Assembly: GCA_019747735.1 (NCBI GenBank)
Contig: JAIEQL010000007.1
Location: forward strand, 10,456 to 74,455
Direction of reading: 5' to 3'
Origin: Chthoniobacterales bacterium
Lineage (GTDB): Bacteria; Verrucomicrobiota; Verrucomicrobiia; Chthoniobacterales; UBA6821
DNA length: 64,000 nucleotides
The position numbers were made by a program, and so were the translations under genes. Below are positions 15,526 to 24,912 of the stretch, one piece after another; the first letter of the stretch is position 1, and each line of letters begins with the position of its first letter. The notes beneath the pieces were generated by a model that saw nothing but the letters and a program-made list of their open reading frames with translations, searched no databases and was not told the DNA's origin.

Positions 15526-15978
15526 ATGACTTCTTCTCCTTTAAAGCCTATTATTTATGCTGGCACGTTTGAACGTGTGATCGATGGGAAGCATCGTGTC
15601 ACGATCCCTGCAGCGTGGCTTGGGAAAGGTACTAATGAATTTCATGCCATTCCTAATCCTGTTGAAGAATGCCTTATTGTGATGCCTTCGGAGGAGTTTA
15701 ATTCCATCGAAGAGAGGATTCACCAAAGCGGTGCCGCCCCTGCAGAGCGTCGTAAAGCTATTCGGCAATTTTATAGCCAAGCGCGCATGGTGAGTGCTGA
15801 TAATCAAGGACGCATTCTTTTTTCCGAGGAACAATGCAAGGTGCTTCAACTCCGCTCTGAAGTTGTCTTAGTGGGAGGACGGAGTCGTTTTGAAGTTTGG
15901 AATTCCCAGCGTTGGAAAGCTGTTTCTAAGGACGAGCATGCTTCCTTCAGCAATATTGCTTCTCTCATTGGCCTCTAA
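15526..15978 (+). CDS. mraZ: transcriptional regulator MraZ
   Basis: Two SpoVT/AbrB-like halves: IDGKHRVTIPAAW and DNQGRILFSEEQ...VVLVGGRSRFEVW. The start is placed at the ATG at 15526. The track ORF start at 15457 (GTG) lies in the GTGGG repeats. Confidence 0.85.
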   Translation: MTSSPLKPIIYAGTFERVIDGKHRVTIPAAWLGKGTNEFHAIPNPVEECLIVMPSEEFNSIEERIHQSGAAPAERRKAIRQFYSQARMVSADNQGRILFSEEQCKVLQLRSEVVLVGGRSRFEVWNSQRWKAVSKDEHASFSNIASLIGL

Positions 15979-15996
15979 AAATATTTTTCACTACGA

Positions 15997-16983
15997 ATGA
16001 CCTTCATGGATCTACTTCCAGCTGCTTTTTCTCATCGTCAAAAGGTGACAACAGAGAATAAAAAAGAGGAAAAAACTTTTTCGCATCGCTCGGTGTTAGC
16101 TCAAGAAGTTGTTGACGCCTTGCGACCTTGCCCTGGTGCCGTCATTGTTGATGGCACGCTTGGTGGTGGTGGACATGCGGAGTTATTATTAGAAGCAGGG
16201 GCCACGGTGATCGGTTTTGATCGCGACCCCGAGGCTTTATCACATGCAAGTGCTCGTCTAGAGCGTTTTGGAGAACGCTTTCGTTGTTTTGAAGGAAATT
16301 ATGCAGAAGTCAACACGCTTCTTGCTGCAACAGGAATAACTCAAGTTGATGGTATCTTGCTTGATTTGGGGGTTTCCTCCTATCAACTCGATACCGCTGA
16401 GAGAGGATTTTCTTTTCAACGAGAAGGTCCTCTGGACATGCGGATGGGGAGGTCGTTGTCAACAGCGGCTTCGATTGTCAATAGCGCTGAGTTAAGTGAA
16501 TTGGTCAAAATCTTTCGTGAATATGGAGAGGAACCTCGTGCCATGATGATGGCTACACGCATTGTGCGTGAACGTGCCCGGGGTCCCATTACCACAACGA
16601 TTCAGCTTGCTTCCCTCATTGCCGCGGGAGTTCCTTCAGGTCCACGCCATCCAGCTACTCGCATTTTTCAAGCATTGCGTATTGCTGTGAATGAGGAAAT
16701 AACTTCTTTGCAATCAGCATTGCCTCGTTTTGCTAATCTCCTTAAGCCAGGGGGACGTTTGGGGGTGATCACCTTTCATTCTTTGGAAGATCGTTTGGTT
16801 AAAAAATTTTTCAAAAAACATGCTGCTTTAGAAATTGATGATCCTACCTGGCCGGCTCCACGTCCCAATCCAGAGCGTCTTTTTCTCCTTTCTAAAAATT
16901 GGTCTCTACGTCCTAGTGCCGAGGAAATAGCAACCAATCCTCGTGCGCGTAGCGCCCGACTGCGTTGGGCAGAACGTCTTTAA
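15997..16983 (+). CDS. rsmH: 16S rRNA (cytosine1402-N4)-methyltransferase RsmH
   Basis: Motifs HRSVLAQEVVDAL, DGTLGGGGHA, DLGVSSYQLD, GPLDMRM and ITFHSLEDRLVK. Confidence 0.92.
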   Translation: MTFMDLLPAAFSHRQKVTTENKKEEKTFSHRSVLAQEVVDALRPCPGAVIVDGTLGGGGHAELLLEAGATVIGFDRDPEALSHASARLERFGERFRCFEGNYAEVNTLLAATGITQVDGILLDLGVSSYQLDTAERGFSFQREGPLDMRMGRSLSTAASIVNSAELSELVKIFREYGEEPRAMMMATRIVRERARGPITTTIQLASLIAAGVPSGPRHPATRIFQALRIAVNEEITSLQSALPRFANLLKPGGRLGVITFHSLEDRLVKKFFKKHAALEIDDPTWPAPRPNPERLFLLSKNWSLRPSAEEIATNPRARSARLRWAERL

Positions 16984-16986
16984 AAC

Positions 16987-17385
16987 ATGAGTCATTATTA
17001 TCAGCATTCTTTTCATGCTAATCACCGTCGCGCCAATAATGGTATTGAAGTTCCCTTGTTAGTGCAGTGGCTGATGCTTGTTTTTATGATGGGCCTGGTT
17101 GGTTTGTTTTTTGTCTATCTTAAGAATCAGCAACATGCCCTTGGTGAGCAACTGCGCATGGTAGAACAAAAAACGAGAGAACTTCATGCCCATGAAGAGG
17201 CTTTGGTTGCTAAGATAACCTCTTTAACCTCTCGTGGAGCCCTTCAGCGTCGTGTTGAGGAACACTATGTTGATTTAGTTCCCATTCCAGAGACAGCTAT
17301 TGCTCGAATGAATCCTATTCCTATTCGAGGAGAGCAGCACACATTGCAAACAGCAGCCCTCACTAAAAAGGTAATGGCCCAATAA
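16987..17385 (+). CDS. ftsL: FtsL-like cell division protein
   Basis: 132 aa with a single TM (LLVQWLMLVFMMGLVGLFFVYL) then a coiled coil. Position between rsmH and ftsI. Confidence 0.6.
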   Translation: MSHYYQHSFHANHRRANNGIEVPLLVQWLMLVFMMGLVGLFFVYLKNQQHALGEQLRMVEQKTRELHAHEEALVAKITSLTSRGALQRRVEEHYVDLVPIPETAIARMNPIPIRGEQHTLQTAALTKKVMAQ

Positions 17386-17394
17386 TCCTACCTT

Positions 17395-19089
17395 GTGAAA
17401 AAAATTGGTACTCGCATTGGCTTAGTCTGCTTTTTGATGGCGCTTCTCTTTACTTTTTTTGCACTGCGTTTAGTTAATATTCAAGTAGCTGATCATGAAA
17501 AATTTTTGCACCTTGCTGCCGAGAAACATGGTTTCAAGCAGCCTATTTTTGCACAACGGGGAACTATTTTTGATCGGCATGGAGAGGCGCTAGCAGTGAA
17601 TGTCCCAGTGCGTACTGTTTATGCAGATGGGACGCACATCAAAAATCCAGCGGCACTTGCTCATGTAGCGGCTTCTTTTTTAAATATCCCTGAAAAAGAA
17701 TTGACCGCCAAACTCACCACCAAGCGGCCCTACATTGTCATCTGTTCTGGAATGTCAGAGCTTGATGCCACAGCAATGATGAAGGCCTTGGAACAAGCAA
17801 AGCTCTCTGGACTCTATCTACAGCCTGGTTCAGAACGTGCTTATCCTAATGGTAAGATGCTCTGTCATGTCCTTGGTTTTGTGGACCACACGGGACATGG
17901 AGTTGATGGCATAGAACATGTCTTTGACAAAGAATTGTCAGGGCGCAACGGCTATCGTCATATTGAACATGACCGCAAAGGCCTTGAAATTGTCCTCTAC
18001 CGAGGTCAAGAAGAGCCGGCGGAAGATGGAGCCAATATCACCTTGACTATTGATATGGGGTTGCAAGCTATTTTGGAAAAGCAACTCGACAGTGCCGTAG
18101 AGACTTATAAGCCCGCGGGCGCAACAGCTATTTTAGCCGATCCAAAAACTGGGGAAATTTTAGCGATGGCAAGCCGCCCTAATTATGATCCCAATCATTA
18201 TGGTGAGGCAACACCTGAACAGATGCGCAATCGAGCTATTACCGATATGTACGAACCTGGCTCTGTATTTAAAATTGTGGTCACTTCCTGCGCGCTCAAT
18301 GAAGGAATCATGACCAAGGACTCGGTAGTTTTTTGTGAGCGTGGTTCTTTTTTATATGGTGGAAAAATTCTGCACGATGCTCATGGTGATTATTTTGGAG
18401 AGCTTTCTGTGAGTGATGTATTGGTCCATTCTTCCAATATCGGCGCGGCAAAGATTGCCCTTAAAGTAGGAGGAGAAAAATATTATGATTATGTGCGTCG
18501 TTTTGGTTTTGGAGAACGAACCAACATTTCACTCCCTGGAGAAATTTCAGGATTAGTCAATCCTCCCTCGCGTTGGGATAAGTTAACCATTACACGCATG
18601 GCAATGGGACATGCTGTAGCAGCGACCCCTATTCAAGTGATGATGGCGATGGGGACCATTGCCAATGGAGGAAAGCTCATGGCACCTCAATTGAAGTTGT
18701 CTTCTAATAAAGCAGGTAGCAATGATGACGCTTGTATCAAACGAGAAGTAGTCACTCCCAAAGTTGCTAGCGACATTAGTAATGCTCTTGCAGGAGTGGT
18801 CGCACGAGGAACAGCGATGCAGGCTAAAATTGATGGCTATGCCGTTGCTGGAAAAACAGGGACTGCTCAAAAAATTAACCCTCATGGAGGATATCTCGAA
18901 AATCACTATATTGTTTCTTTTGCAGGATATTTCCCGGCGGAGAATCCACGCCTTATTGGGTTAGTCGTCGTGGATGATGCTCGTTTGGGAAGTAGTGCTA
19001 ATTTTGGAGGGTTGGTTGCCGCTCCCATTTTTTCAAAAATTGGAGAAGCTTCGGCTCGTTATCTCGACTTAATTCCATCCACAAAGTGA
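17395..19089 (+). CDS. ftsI: peptidoglycan D,D-transpeptidase FtsI (PBP3)
   Basis: GTG start and N-terminal TM. Transpeptidase motifs SVFK, SSN and KTGT. Confidence 0.9.
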   Translation: MKKIGTRIGLVCFLMALLFTFFALRLVNIQVADHEKFLHLAAEKHGFKQPIFAQRGTIFDRHGEALAVNVPVRTVYADGTHIKNPAALAHVAASFLNIPEKELTAKLTTKRPYIVICSGMSELDATAMMKALEQAKLSGLYLQPGSERAYPNGKMLCHVLGFVDHTGHGVDGIEHVFDKELSGRNGYRHIEHDRKGLEIVLYRGQEEPAEDGANITLTIDMGLQAILEKQLDSAVETYKPAGATAILADPKTGEILAMASRPNYDPNHYGEATPEQMRNRAITDMYEPGSVFKIVVTSCALNEGIMTKDSVVFCERGSFLYGGKILHDAHGDYFGELSVSDVLVHSSNIGAAKIALKVGGEKYYDYVRRFGFGERTNISLPGEISGLVNPPSRWDKLTITRMAMGHAVAATPIQVMMAMGTIANGGKLMAPQLKLSSNKAGSNDDACIKREVVTPKVASDISNALAGVVARGTAMQAKIDGYAVAGKTGTAQKINPHGGYLENHYIVSFAGYFPAENPRLIGLVVVDDARLGSSANFGGLVAAPIFSKIGEASARYLDLIPSTK

Positions 19090-19236
19090 AAAAACAGATT
19101 TTCAGGCTGCAGGTTACAGCGAATCAGTTAGCTGATTTTAAAAAATTGTCAAAGGGTACAAGATGCTTTTTGCCTGTTATCCTGCAACTTGTGTCCTGAT
19201 GATCTCGTAGCATACTTTTCACTCTTTACTTTTTTT

Positions 19237-20724
19237 ATGCTTTTAAAACAACTACTTGCCTCTCTGCGGATCCTTTCTATTAAAGATCCACAAGGAACAC
19301 TTGCGCAGCTTAATGTGAATCATCTTTGCTTTGACTCTCGTGAAGTAACGGAAGAATCGCTCTTTTTTGCTTTGCCAGGTCTTCATCATGATGGTGCTGC
19401 TTTTGCTCAAGAGGCTGTGAATCGAGGTGCTGTGGCTGTGGTAACGCAACAAGAAGATCTCACTCTTACTGTGCCCATCATTCGCGTTGCCCATGCCAGA
19501 AAAGCAATGGCAGTCGTAGCAGCTACATTTTATGAGGATCCCAGCACTAGACTTTCTCTTTGCGGTGTGACAGGAACTAATGGAAAAACGACGACAACCT
19601 ATCTTGTGCGCCATCTTTGTGATGCGGTAGGAAGGGCTTGTGGTCTCATTGGAACAGTAGAATGTATTTTTCCAGGCAGGAGAGAAGAAGCTTTTCGGAC
19701 AACACCTGAATCAATTCCTATTCAACAGATGTTGGCAGAGATGCGTGATGGTGGTTTTAAGGCAGTTGCTATGGAAGTTGCAAGTCATGCCATCGTGCAA
19801 CAACGTGTTGATGGTATCGAATTTGATGTGGCTGTTTTTACCAACCTCACGCAAGACCATCTCGATTATCATGGGACCATGGAGGCTTATTTCGAAGCCA
19901 AAGCCTATTTGTTTGAGATGCTCGCTTGCCAAGAAAAAAAGAAAGGACGTGCTGTGATCAATGTTGATGATCGCTATGGGCGCCAGCTGATAGATCGCTT
20001 TTCTTCGCGATTAAAAGTCACGACCTTTGGTCAATCAAATCATGCTGATTTTCGGGCTAGTGCTATTCATTTTAGTCCTACGGGCACGACCTTTTGTCTC
20101 ACGGCACGTGGGAGAGACTATTTAGTCCGCTCTCCATTCATTGGGCTTTTTAATGTTTACAATGTGCTAGGAGCCCTTGCTGCAGCTGCCTCGATGGGGC
20201 TTGAGTTGCGCCGTGTTATCAAGGCTTTGGAGAGTGCTCCCCAAGTTCCAGGACGACTTCAACGGCTTTCTGGTAAAAGAAATTTTCAAGTTTTTGTCGA
20301 TTATGCTCACACTCCAGATGCTCTTGAAAATGTGCTTAGCTCACTTAAGCAATTGAACCCCGAACGCCTCGTCGTTCTTTTTGGTTGTGGAGGAGATCGC
20401 GATCGTGCCAAACGTCCTTTAATGGCTGCGGCTGTGGAGCAGTATGCTGATCAAATCATTGTCACCACTGACAATCCACGAAACGAAGATCCTCAGGCTA
20501 TTATTGCAGAGGTTGAACAAGGCTTTCGTCACAAGCGCTACAGAAGTATTGTTGATCGTGAAGAGGCCATTAGAAGCGCTGTAAAAGAAGCCTTGCCAGG
20601 GGATTTTATTGTCATTGCTGGAAAAGGGCATGAAACGTATCAAGAGGTTGCTGGCCTCTGTTTGCCCTTTGATGATGTACAAGTCGCTCAGCGCGCTATG
20701 AAGGAAATGGTACTAAATTTTTAA
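19237..20724 (+). CDS. murE: UDP-N-acetylmuramoyl-tripeptide synthetase MurE
   Basis: GVTGTNGKTTT P-loop, DNPRNEDP and the Mur ligase C-domain. The ATG at 19237 is preferred over the TTG at 19189. Confidence 0.9.
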   Translation: MLLKQLLASLRILSIKDPQGTLAQLNVNHLCFDSREVTEESLFFALPGLHHDGAAFAQEAVNRGAVAVVTQQEDLTLTVPIIRVAHARKAMAVVAATFYEDPSTRLSLCGVTGTNGKTTTTYLVRHLCDAVGRACGLIGTVECIFPGRREEAFRTTPESIPIQQMLAEMRDGGFKAVAMEVASHAIVQQRVDGIEFDVAVFTNLTQDHLDYHGTMEAYFEAKAYLFEMLACQEKKKGRAVINVDDRYGRQLIDRFSSRLKVTTFGQSNHADFRASAIHFSPTGTTFCLTARGRDYLVRSPFIGLFNVYNVLGALAAAASMGLELRRVIKALESAPQVPGRLQRLSGKRNFQVFVDYAHTPDALENVLSSLKQLNPERLVVLFGCGGDRDRAKRPLMAAAVEQYADQIIVTTDNPRNEDPQAIIAEVEQGFRHKRYRSIVDREEAIRSAVKEALPGDFIVIAGKGHETYQEVAGLCLPFDDVQVAQRAMKEMVLNF

Positions 20725-20762
20725 TGAATATTTTTTTGAACAGAGTTTATTGATTCTAAAGT

Positions 20763-20878
20763 GATGAAAGTTTGAGTGCTAGCAGTTTCAGTTTAATAGA
20801 TGCTTCGGGCTTTATTTTTTAAAGCGACCAAGCGCGAAGGTGACTCAAACTCAAACTAGAAATACTCAAACTTTCATC
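20763..20878. repeat. PE-C element (116 bp) in the murE-murF spacer
   Basis: Left arm gatgaaagtttgagtgctagcagtttcagttt (20763-20794). Right arm gactcaaactcaaactagaaatactcaaactttcatc (20842-20878). The centre, gcttcgggctttattttttaaagcgaccaagcgcgaagg, is homologous to the 32007-32120 copy. Confidence 0.85.
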
Positions 20879-20919
20879 ATGCCTAGTTTCATTTTTCTCA
20901 GATAAACAAACCAACAATA

Positions 20920-21034
20920 ATCCTAAAAACGTGAATGGAAACAGAAAATCTGACGCAATATACTCGACCTCAAAAATCTTTTTTAGATCAAGTCCTTACA
21001 CCATATTTCCCATTTCCATTCACGTTTTTAGGAT
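20920..21034. repeat. 115-bp element with a perfect 22-bp terminal IR, just upstream of murF
   Basis: atcctaaaaacgtgaatggaaa (20920-20941) pairs with tttccattcacgtttttaggat (21013-21034). Confidence 0.9.
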
Positions 21035-21059
21035 AATAGATGACCCTCTCTAACCTTCT

Positions 21060-22448
21060 ATGAACAACATTCCTCTTTCTCAAATTGCCATCTGGAGTCA
21101 AGCAAAGCTAATAGCCGGTGATCCTACGTTGCTTGTGAGTGGAGTTTCTCACGATACGCGTACATTGAAGCCAGGAAATCTCTATATTGCTATGAAAGGA
21201 GAACGTTTTGATGGAAATGATTTTCTCTTAGAAGCCGCTCAAAAAGGGGCTGTGGGAGCTATTATTGATGGAGAAATCCCAGAAAATTTGCCAACAAAAT
21301 TTGGAATAATACGAGCTGCTCATTCGTTGGAGGCTTTACATTCTTTAGCTCATAAGTGGCGCGGACAACTCTCCTTACGGGTCATTGCTTTGACAGGAAG
21401 TAATGGAAAAACAACAACCAAAGATTTCACAGCAACCGTGCTTCGAACGCTCTTTTCTACGACAAGCACCCAAGGGAACTTTAATAACAATATCGGACTG
21501 CCTCTTTCTATCTTGGCTGCCTCTCCTTCTGATCAAATAGCTGTTTGGGAAATAGGAATGAATCATCGCCACGAAATAGCTCCTTTAGCAAAGTTGGCTG
21601 CTCCTGATATTGCCATCATCACTAATATAGGTGTAGCACACATTGGTCTTTTAGGTTCTCGCCAGGCCATTGCAGTAGAAAAGGGAGATTTGCTTGCGGT
21701 GCTTTCTAAAAATGGCGTTGCTATCTTACCAGCAGGAGATCCTTTTTTTACGCAGCTTTCTATGAGGACTTCTGCTCCTATTATTTCTGTGGGAATTAAC
21801 TGTGGTGTTCTTCATGCAGAAAAAATTGTTGTAACGCCTACAGGAAGTGAGTTTGAAGTTCATTATGAAGCTTCCTCTTACAAGGCCTTTTTACCAGTTT
21901 TTGGAAGGCATATGATCCATAATGCTTTATTAGCACTGGCTGCTGGACTCTGCTGTGGTGTCCCATTGGAGAGAGGAATTCAGGCGTTAGAAAAAATAAC
22001 TCCTTCTAAAAGTCGTCTTGCCATTCACCAAGTGGGGGGCGTTACCTTGGTTGACGATAGCTACAATGCGAATCCTGACTCGATGGAAGCAGCGCTTCTA
22101 ACTGTTAGTACTATGTCTTGCCCAGGGCGACGTATTGGTGTTTTGGGGTGTATGAGAGAATTGGGCCATTATGAACACGAAGGATATACTCGTGTGGGTG
22201 GTATGGCTGCTAAGGCATTAGATATTCTCATAACCATAGGCAGTGAAACAGTATCTCTGGTAGAAGCCGCACACAAAGATGGTTTAAAGAAGATTTACCA
22301 AGTTAATAATAACCAAGAAGCCTCTGACCTTCTCAACACACTCCTTCATGATGGAGATCTTGTTTTAGTTAAAGGCAGTCTCTCTGCGAATCTCAAAGAA
22401 GTAGTTTCTAAACTTATTTCAGCTCCACCTAAGCCTCGCTGCCTCTAG
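21060..22448 (+). CDS. murF: UDP-MurNAc-tripeptide--D-alanyl-D-alanine ligase MurF
   Basis: LTGSNGKTTTKD P-loop and full-length MurF-like sequence. Confidence 0.9.
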   Translation: MNNIPLSQIAIWSQAKLIAGDPTLLVSGVSHDTRTLKPGNLYIAMKGERFDGNDFLLEAAQKGAVGAIIDGEIPENLPTKFGIIRAAHSLEALHSLAHKWRGQLSLRVIALTGSNGKTTTKDFTATVLRTLFSTTSTQGNFNNNIGLPLSILAASPSDQIAVWEIGMNHRHEIAPLAKLAAPDIAIITNIGVAHIGLLGSRQAIAVEKGDLLAVLSKNGVAILPAGDPFFTQLSMRTSAPIISVGINCGVLHAEKIVVTPTGSEFEVHYEASSYKAFLPVFGRHMIHNALLALAAGLCCGVPLERGIQALEKITPSKSRLAIHQVGGVTLVDDSYNANPDSMEAALLTVSTMSCPGRRIGVLGCMRELGHYEHEGYTRVGGMAAKALDILITIGSETVSLVEAAHKDGLKKIYQVNNNQEASDLLNTLLHDGDLVLVKGSLSANLKEVVSKLISAPPKPRCL

Positions 22449-22465
22449 CCTCTAGCCTTCATTTT

Positions 22466-23584
22466 ATGCTCTATTATCTTTTTCAACTTAGTGAATGGCT
22501 CCATGGAAGCACTCTTGCAAAGGCCTTTCATGTTTTTCAGTACATCTCTTTTCGTGCAATGGGAGCTGGGCTTACGGCTTTTTTATTGCCACTTCTTTTT
22601 GGAAAAAAGGTCATCCGGCGCCTCATTGTTCTCAAAATTGGTCAACCTATTCGCACTGCCCAAGAGGTACACCTACTTCATACACTCCATGAGAGCAAGG
22701 AGGGAACACCGACGATGGGAGGAATTTTGCTCATCGGTTCGGTGATTCTTGCCAGCTTGTTTTGGGCTCGCCCCACGAACCCCTTTGTCTGGATTACCCT
22801 TTTTACAGGGGCTTATTTGAGTGTATTAGGTTTTTTTGATGACTACCTCAAAGTCACTAAGAAAAAATCGGATGGAATCAGTAGTCGTTTGAAATTTCTG
22901 TTGCAGACCTGCTTGGCAGTTATTGTCACCTTTTTCTTTTTGCTCATTCCCTCTTTTTCTACACAAGCAGAAGCCCTCTATGTTCCTTTTTTAAAAGAGC
23001 CACTCATAGCCCATTTGGGAATAGCTACTTTTTTCTTTTATCTCTTTGTCATCGTAGGGACATCAAATGCTGTCAACATCACCGATGGGCTTGATGGCTT
23101 GGCTGCTGGCTGTACGGTGATGGCAGCCATTGCTTATGCAATCTTTACCTATGTGGCAGGAAACCTCAAAGTTGCGATTTATTTGGAAGTTCCTCATAAT
23201 TCCTATTCTGGTGAGCTTGCAGTAGTAAGTATGGCCCTGGCCGGAGGAGCAATGGGATTTCTCTGGTGGAATTGTCATCCAGCACGGGTCTTTATGGGAG
23301 ATACGGGCTCTTTGGCCATTGGTGGAATGCTGGGTGTCTTAGCAATTAGCTGCAAACAAGAAGTTGTGCTCATTTTGGTAGGAGGGATTTTTGTGGCTGA
23401 GGCGCTTTCAGTGATTTTACAAGTAGCCAGTTTTAAACTTACCGGACGCCGCATTTTTAAAATGTCCCCACTCCATCATCATTTTGAATTGAGTGGTTGG
23501 AAGGAGTCGAGTGTGACGGTACGTTTTTGGATTATGGCCATCATTTTTGGAATCATAGGACTTGCTACTTTAAAATTACGATGA
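22466..23584 (+). CDS. mraY: phospho-N-acetylmuramoyl-pentapeptide transferase MraY
   Basis: NAVNITDGLDGLA, MGDTGSLAIGG, a polytopic membrane profile and the PLHHHFE motif. Confidence 0.93.
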   Translation: MLYYLFQLSEWLHGSTLAKAFHVFQYISFRAMGAGLTAFLLPLLFGKKVIRRLIVLKIGQPIRTAQEVHLLHTLHESKEGTPTMGGILLIGSVILASLFWARPTNPFVWITLFTGAYLSVLGFFDDYLKVTKKKSDGISSRLKFLLQTCLAVIVTFFFLLIPSFSTQAEALYVPFLKEPLIAHLGIATFFFYLFVIVGTSNAVNITDGLDGLAAGCTVMAAIAYAIFTYVAGNLKVAIYLEVPHNSYSGELAVVSMALAGGAMGFLWWNCHPARVFMGDTGSLAIGGMLGVLAISCKQEVVLILVGGIFVAEALSVILQVASFKLTGRRIFKMSPLHHHFELSGWKESSVTVRFWIMAIIFGIIGLATLKLR

Positions 23585-24912
23585 GTTACGAAGGAAAAAA
23601 TATTCTTGTCCTAGGCCTTGGTTGTAGTGGCCTGGGTGCAGCGCGCCTTTTAAAGAAGGTGGGAGCCACTGTTACCGTCGTTGATAGTGGGACAAGCGAG
23701 TTGCTTCACCAGCGTGCACAGGCGCTACGCGCAGAAGGGATCAACGTGTTTCTTGGGGCTGCAACTGAGCAGAGTGATTTGTTTTATGATCTTGCCGTGC
23801 TTAGTCCAGGTATTGAAAAAAGTGCACCCCTTGTGCGCAATATAACTGACAAAGGAATTCCTTTGCTAGGAGAAGTAGAATTGGCTTATTCGCTTTGCTC
23901 GCTTCCCATTGTGGCCATTACTGGGAGCAATGGGAAAACAACCACGACAGAACTAACCACAAAAATGCTTCAAGGAGCCGGAGTCCGCGCACTGGCTTGT
24001 GGAAATATAGGCCTTTGCTTTTCAGAAGCGGTTTCTAAGGCTCATGACTATGACATTTTTGTGCTTGAGATCAGTTCCTTTCAATTGGAAACAATAGAAA
24101 AATTTCATCCCAAAATTGCTGTATGGCTTAATCTATCGCCAAACCATCTCGACCGCTATACCAGTATGGAAGAGTATGCACGAGCAAAGTTAAGAATTTT
24201 TAAAAATCAACAGGCAGGGGATATTGCCGTCGTTCCCAAAAATTTTGATCGTTACTGTGTGCCGCTCTTGGCCTCCTGTTTAACTTTTAGTGCCTACGAA
24301 CTAGGTGCTGATTTTTCATTTAAAAACAATCAACTCTTTTATCACGAAAAACCATTGCTCAATCTTCAAGAGACTCGTTTGCGCGGATTGCATAATGTCG
24401 AAAATCTTATGGCTGCTTTTGCTGTCGGAGTGGCTCTGAAGTGTGACCTGAAGCTGATGGTCGAGGCAGTGAAAAACTATACTCCTCCTCCGCATCGCTG
24501 TGAATTAGTGGCAACTCATTGCGGTATCACTTGGATTAATGATTCCAAGGCAACGACACTCGATGCGATGGAAAAAGCCATTAGTGCCATTGAAAAGACA
24601 AGCCCTATCATTTTAATTGCAGGAGGTAAAAATAAAGGTTCTTCTTTTGAGTCTATTTTTCCTTTGGTAAAAGCGCGCGTCAAAAAGGCTATTATCATTG
24701 GTGAGCGGAGCGATCTTATTCTTGCTGAGTGGCCTGGAATGGCTGCGAGTAAGGCTCCGAGCTTGGAAGAAGCCGTGGCGTTGGCAGCGGCTTCTGCTGT
24801 TGCTGGCGATACTATTTTGCTCTCCCCTGGAACGTCCTCGTATGATATGTTTACCGACTATCAAGAGCGTGGAGAGTGTTTTAAAAAAGCTGTTCACCAA
24901 CTAATTCTATGA
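23581..24912 (+). CDS. murD: UDP-MurNAc-L-alanine--D-glutamate ligase MurD
   Basis: MSYEGKNILVLGLGCSG Rossmann N-terminus and ITGSNGKTTTTEL. The ATG at 23581 overlaps the mraY stop (ATGA). Confidence 0.9.
   Translation: MSYEGKNILVLGLGCSGLGAARLLKKVGATVTVVDSGTSELLHQRAQALRAEGINVFLGAATEQSDLFYDLAVLSPGIEKSAPLVRNITDKGIPLLGEVELAYSLCSLPIVAITGSNGKTTTTELTTKMLQGAGVRALACGNIGLCFSEAVSKAHDYDIFVLEISSFQLETIEKFHPKIAVWLNLSPNHLDRYTSMEEYARAKLRIFKNQQAGDIAVVPKNFDRYCVPLLASCLTFSAYELGADFSFKNNQLFYHEKPLLNLQETRLRGLHNVENLMAAFAVGVALKCDLKLMVEAVKNYTPPPHRCELVATHCGITWINDSKATTLDAMEKAISAIEKTSPIILIAGGKNKGSSFESIFPLVKARVKKAIIIGERSDLILAEWPGMAASKAPSLEEAVALAAASAVAGDTILLSPGTSSYDMFTDYQERGECFKKAVHQLIL

Noticed and set aside
22491-22745. 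Two alternative-frame plus-strand ORFs (22491..22745 and 22495..22692) overlapping the mraY 5' region
   Set aside because: The mraY frame carries all family motifs. The others are frame artefacts in a T-rich membrane-protein gene.
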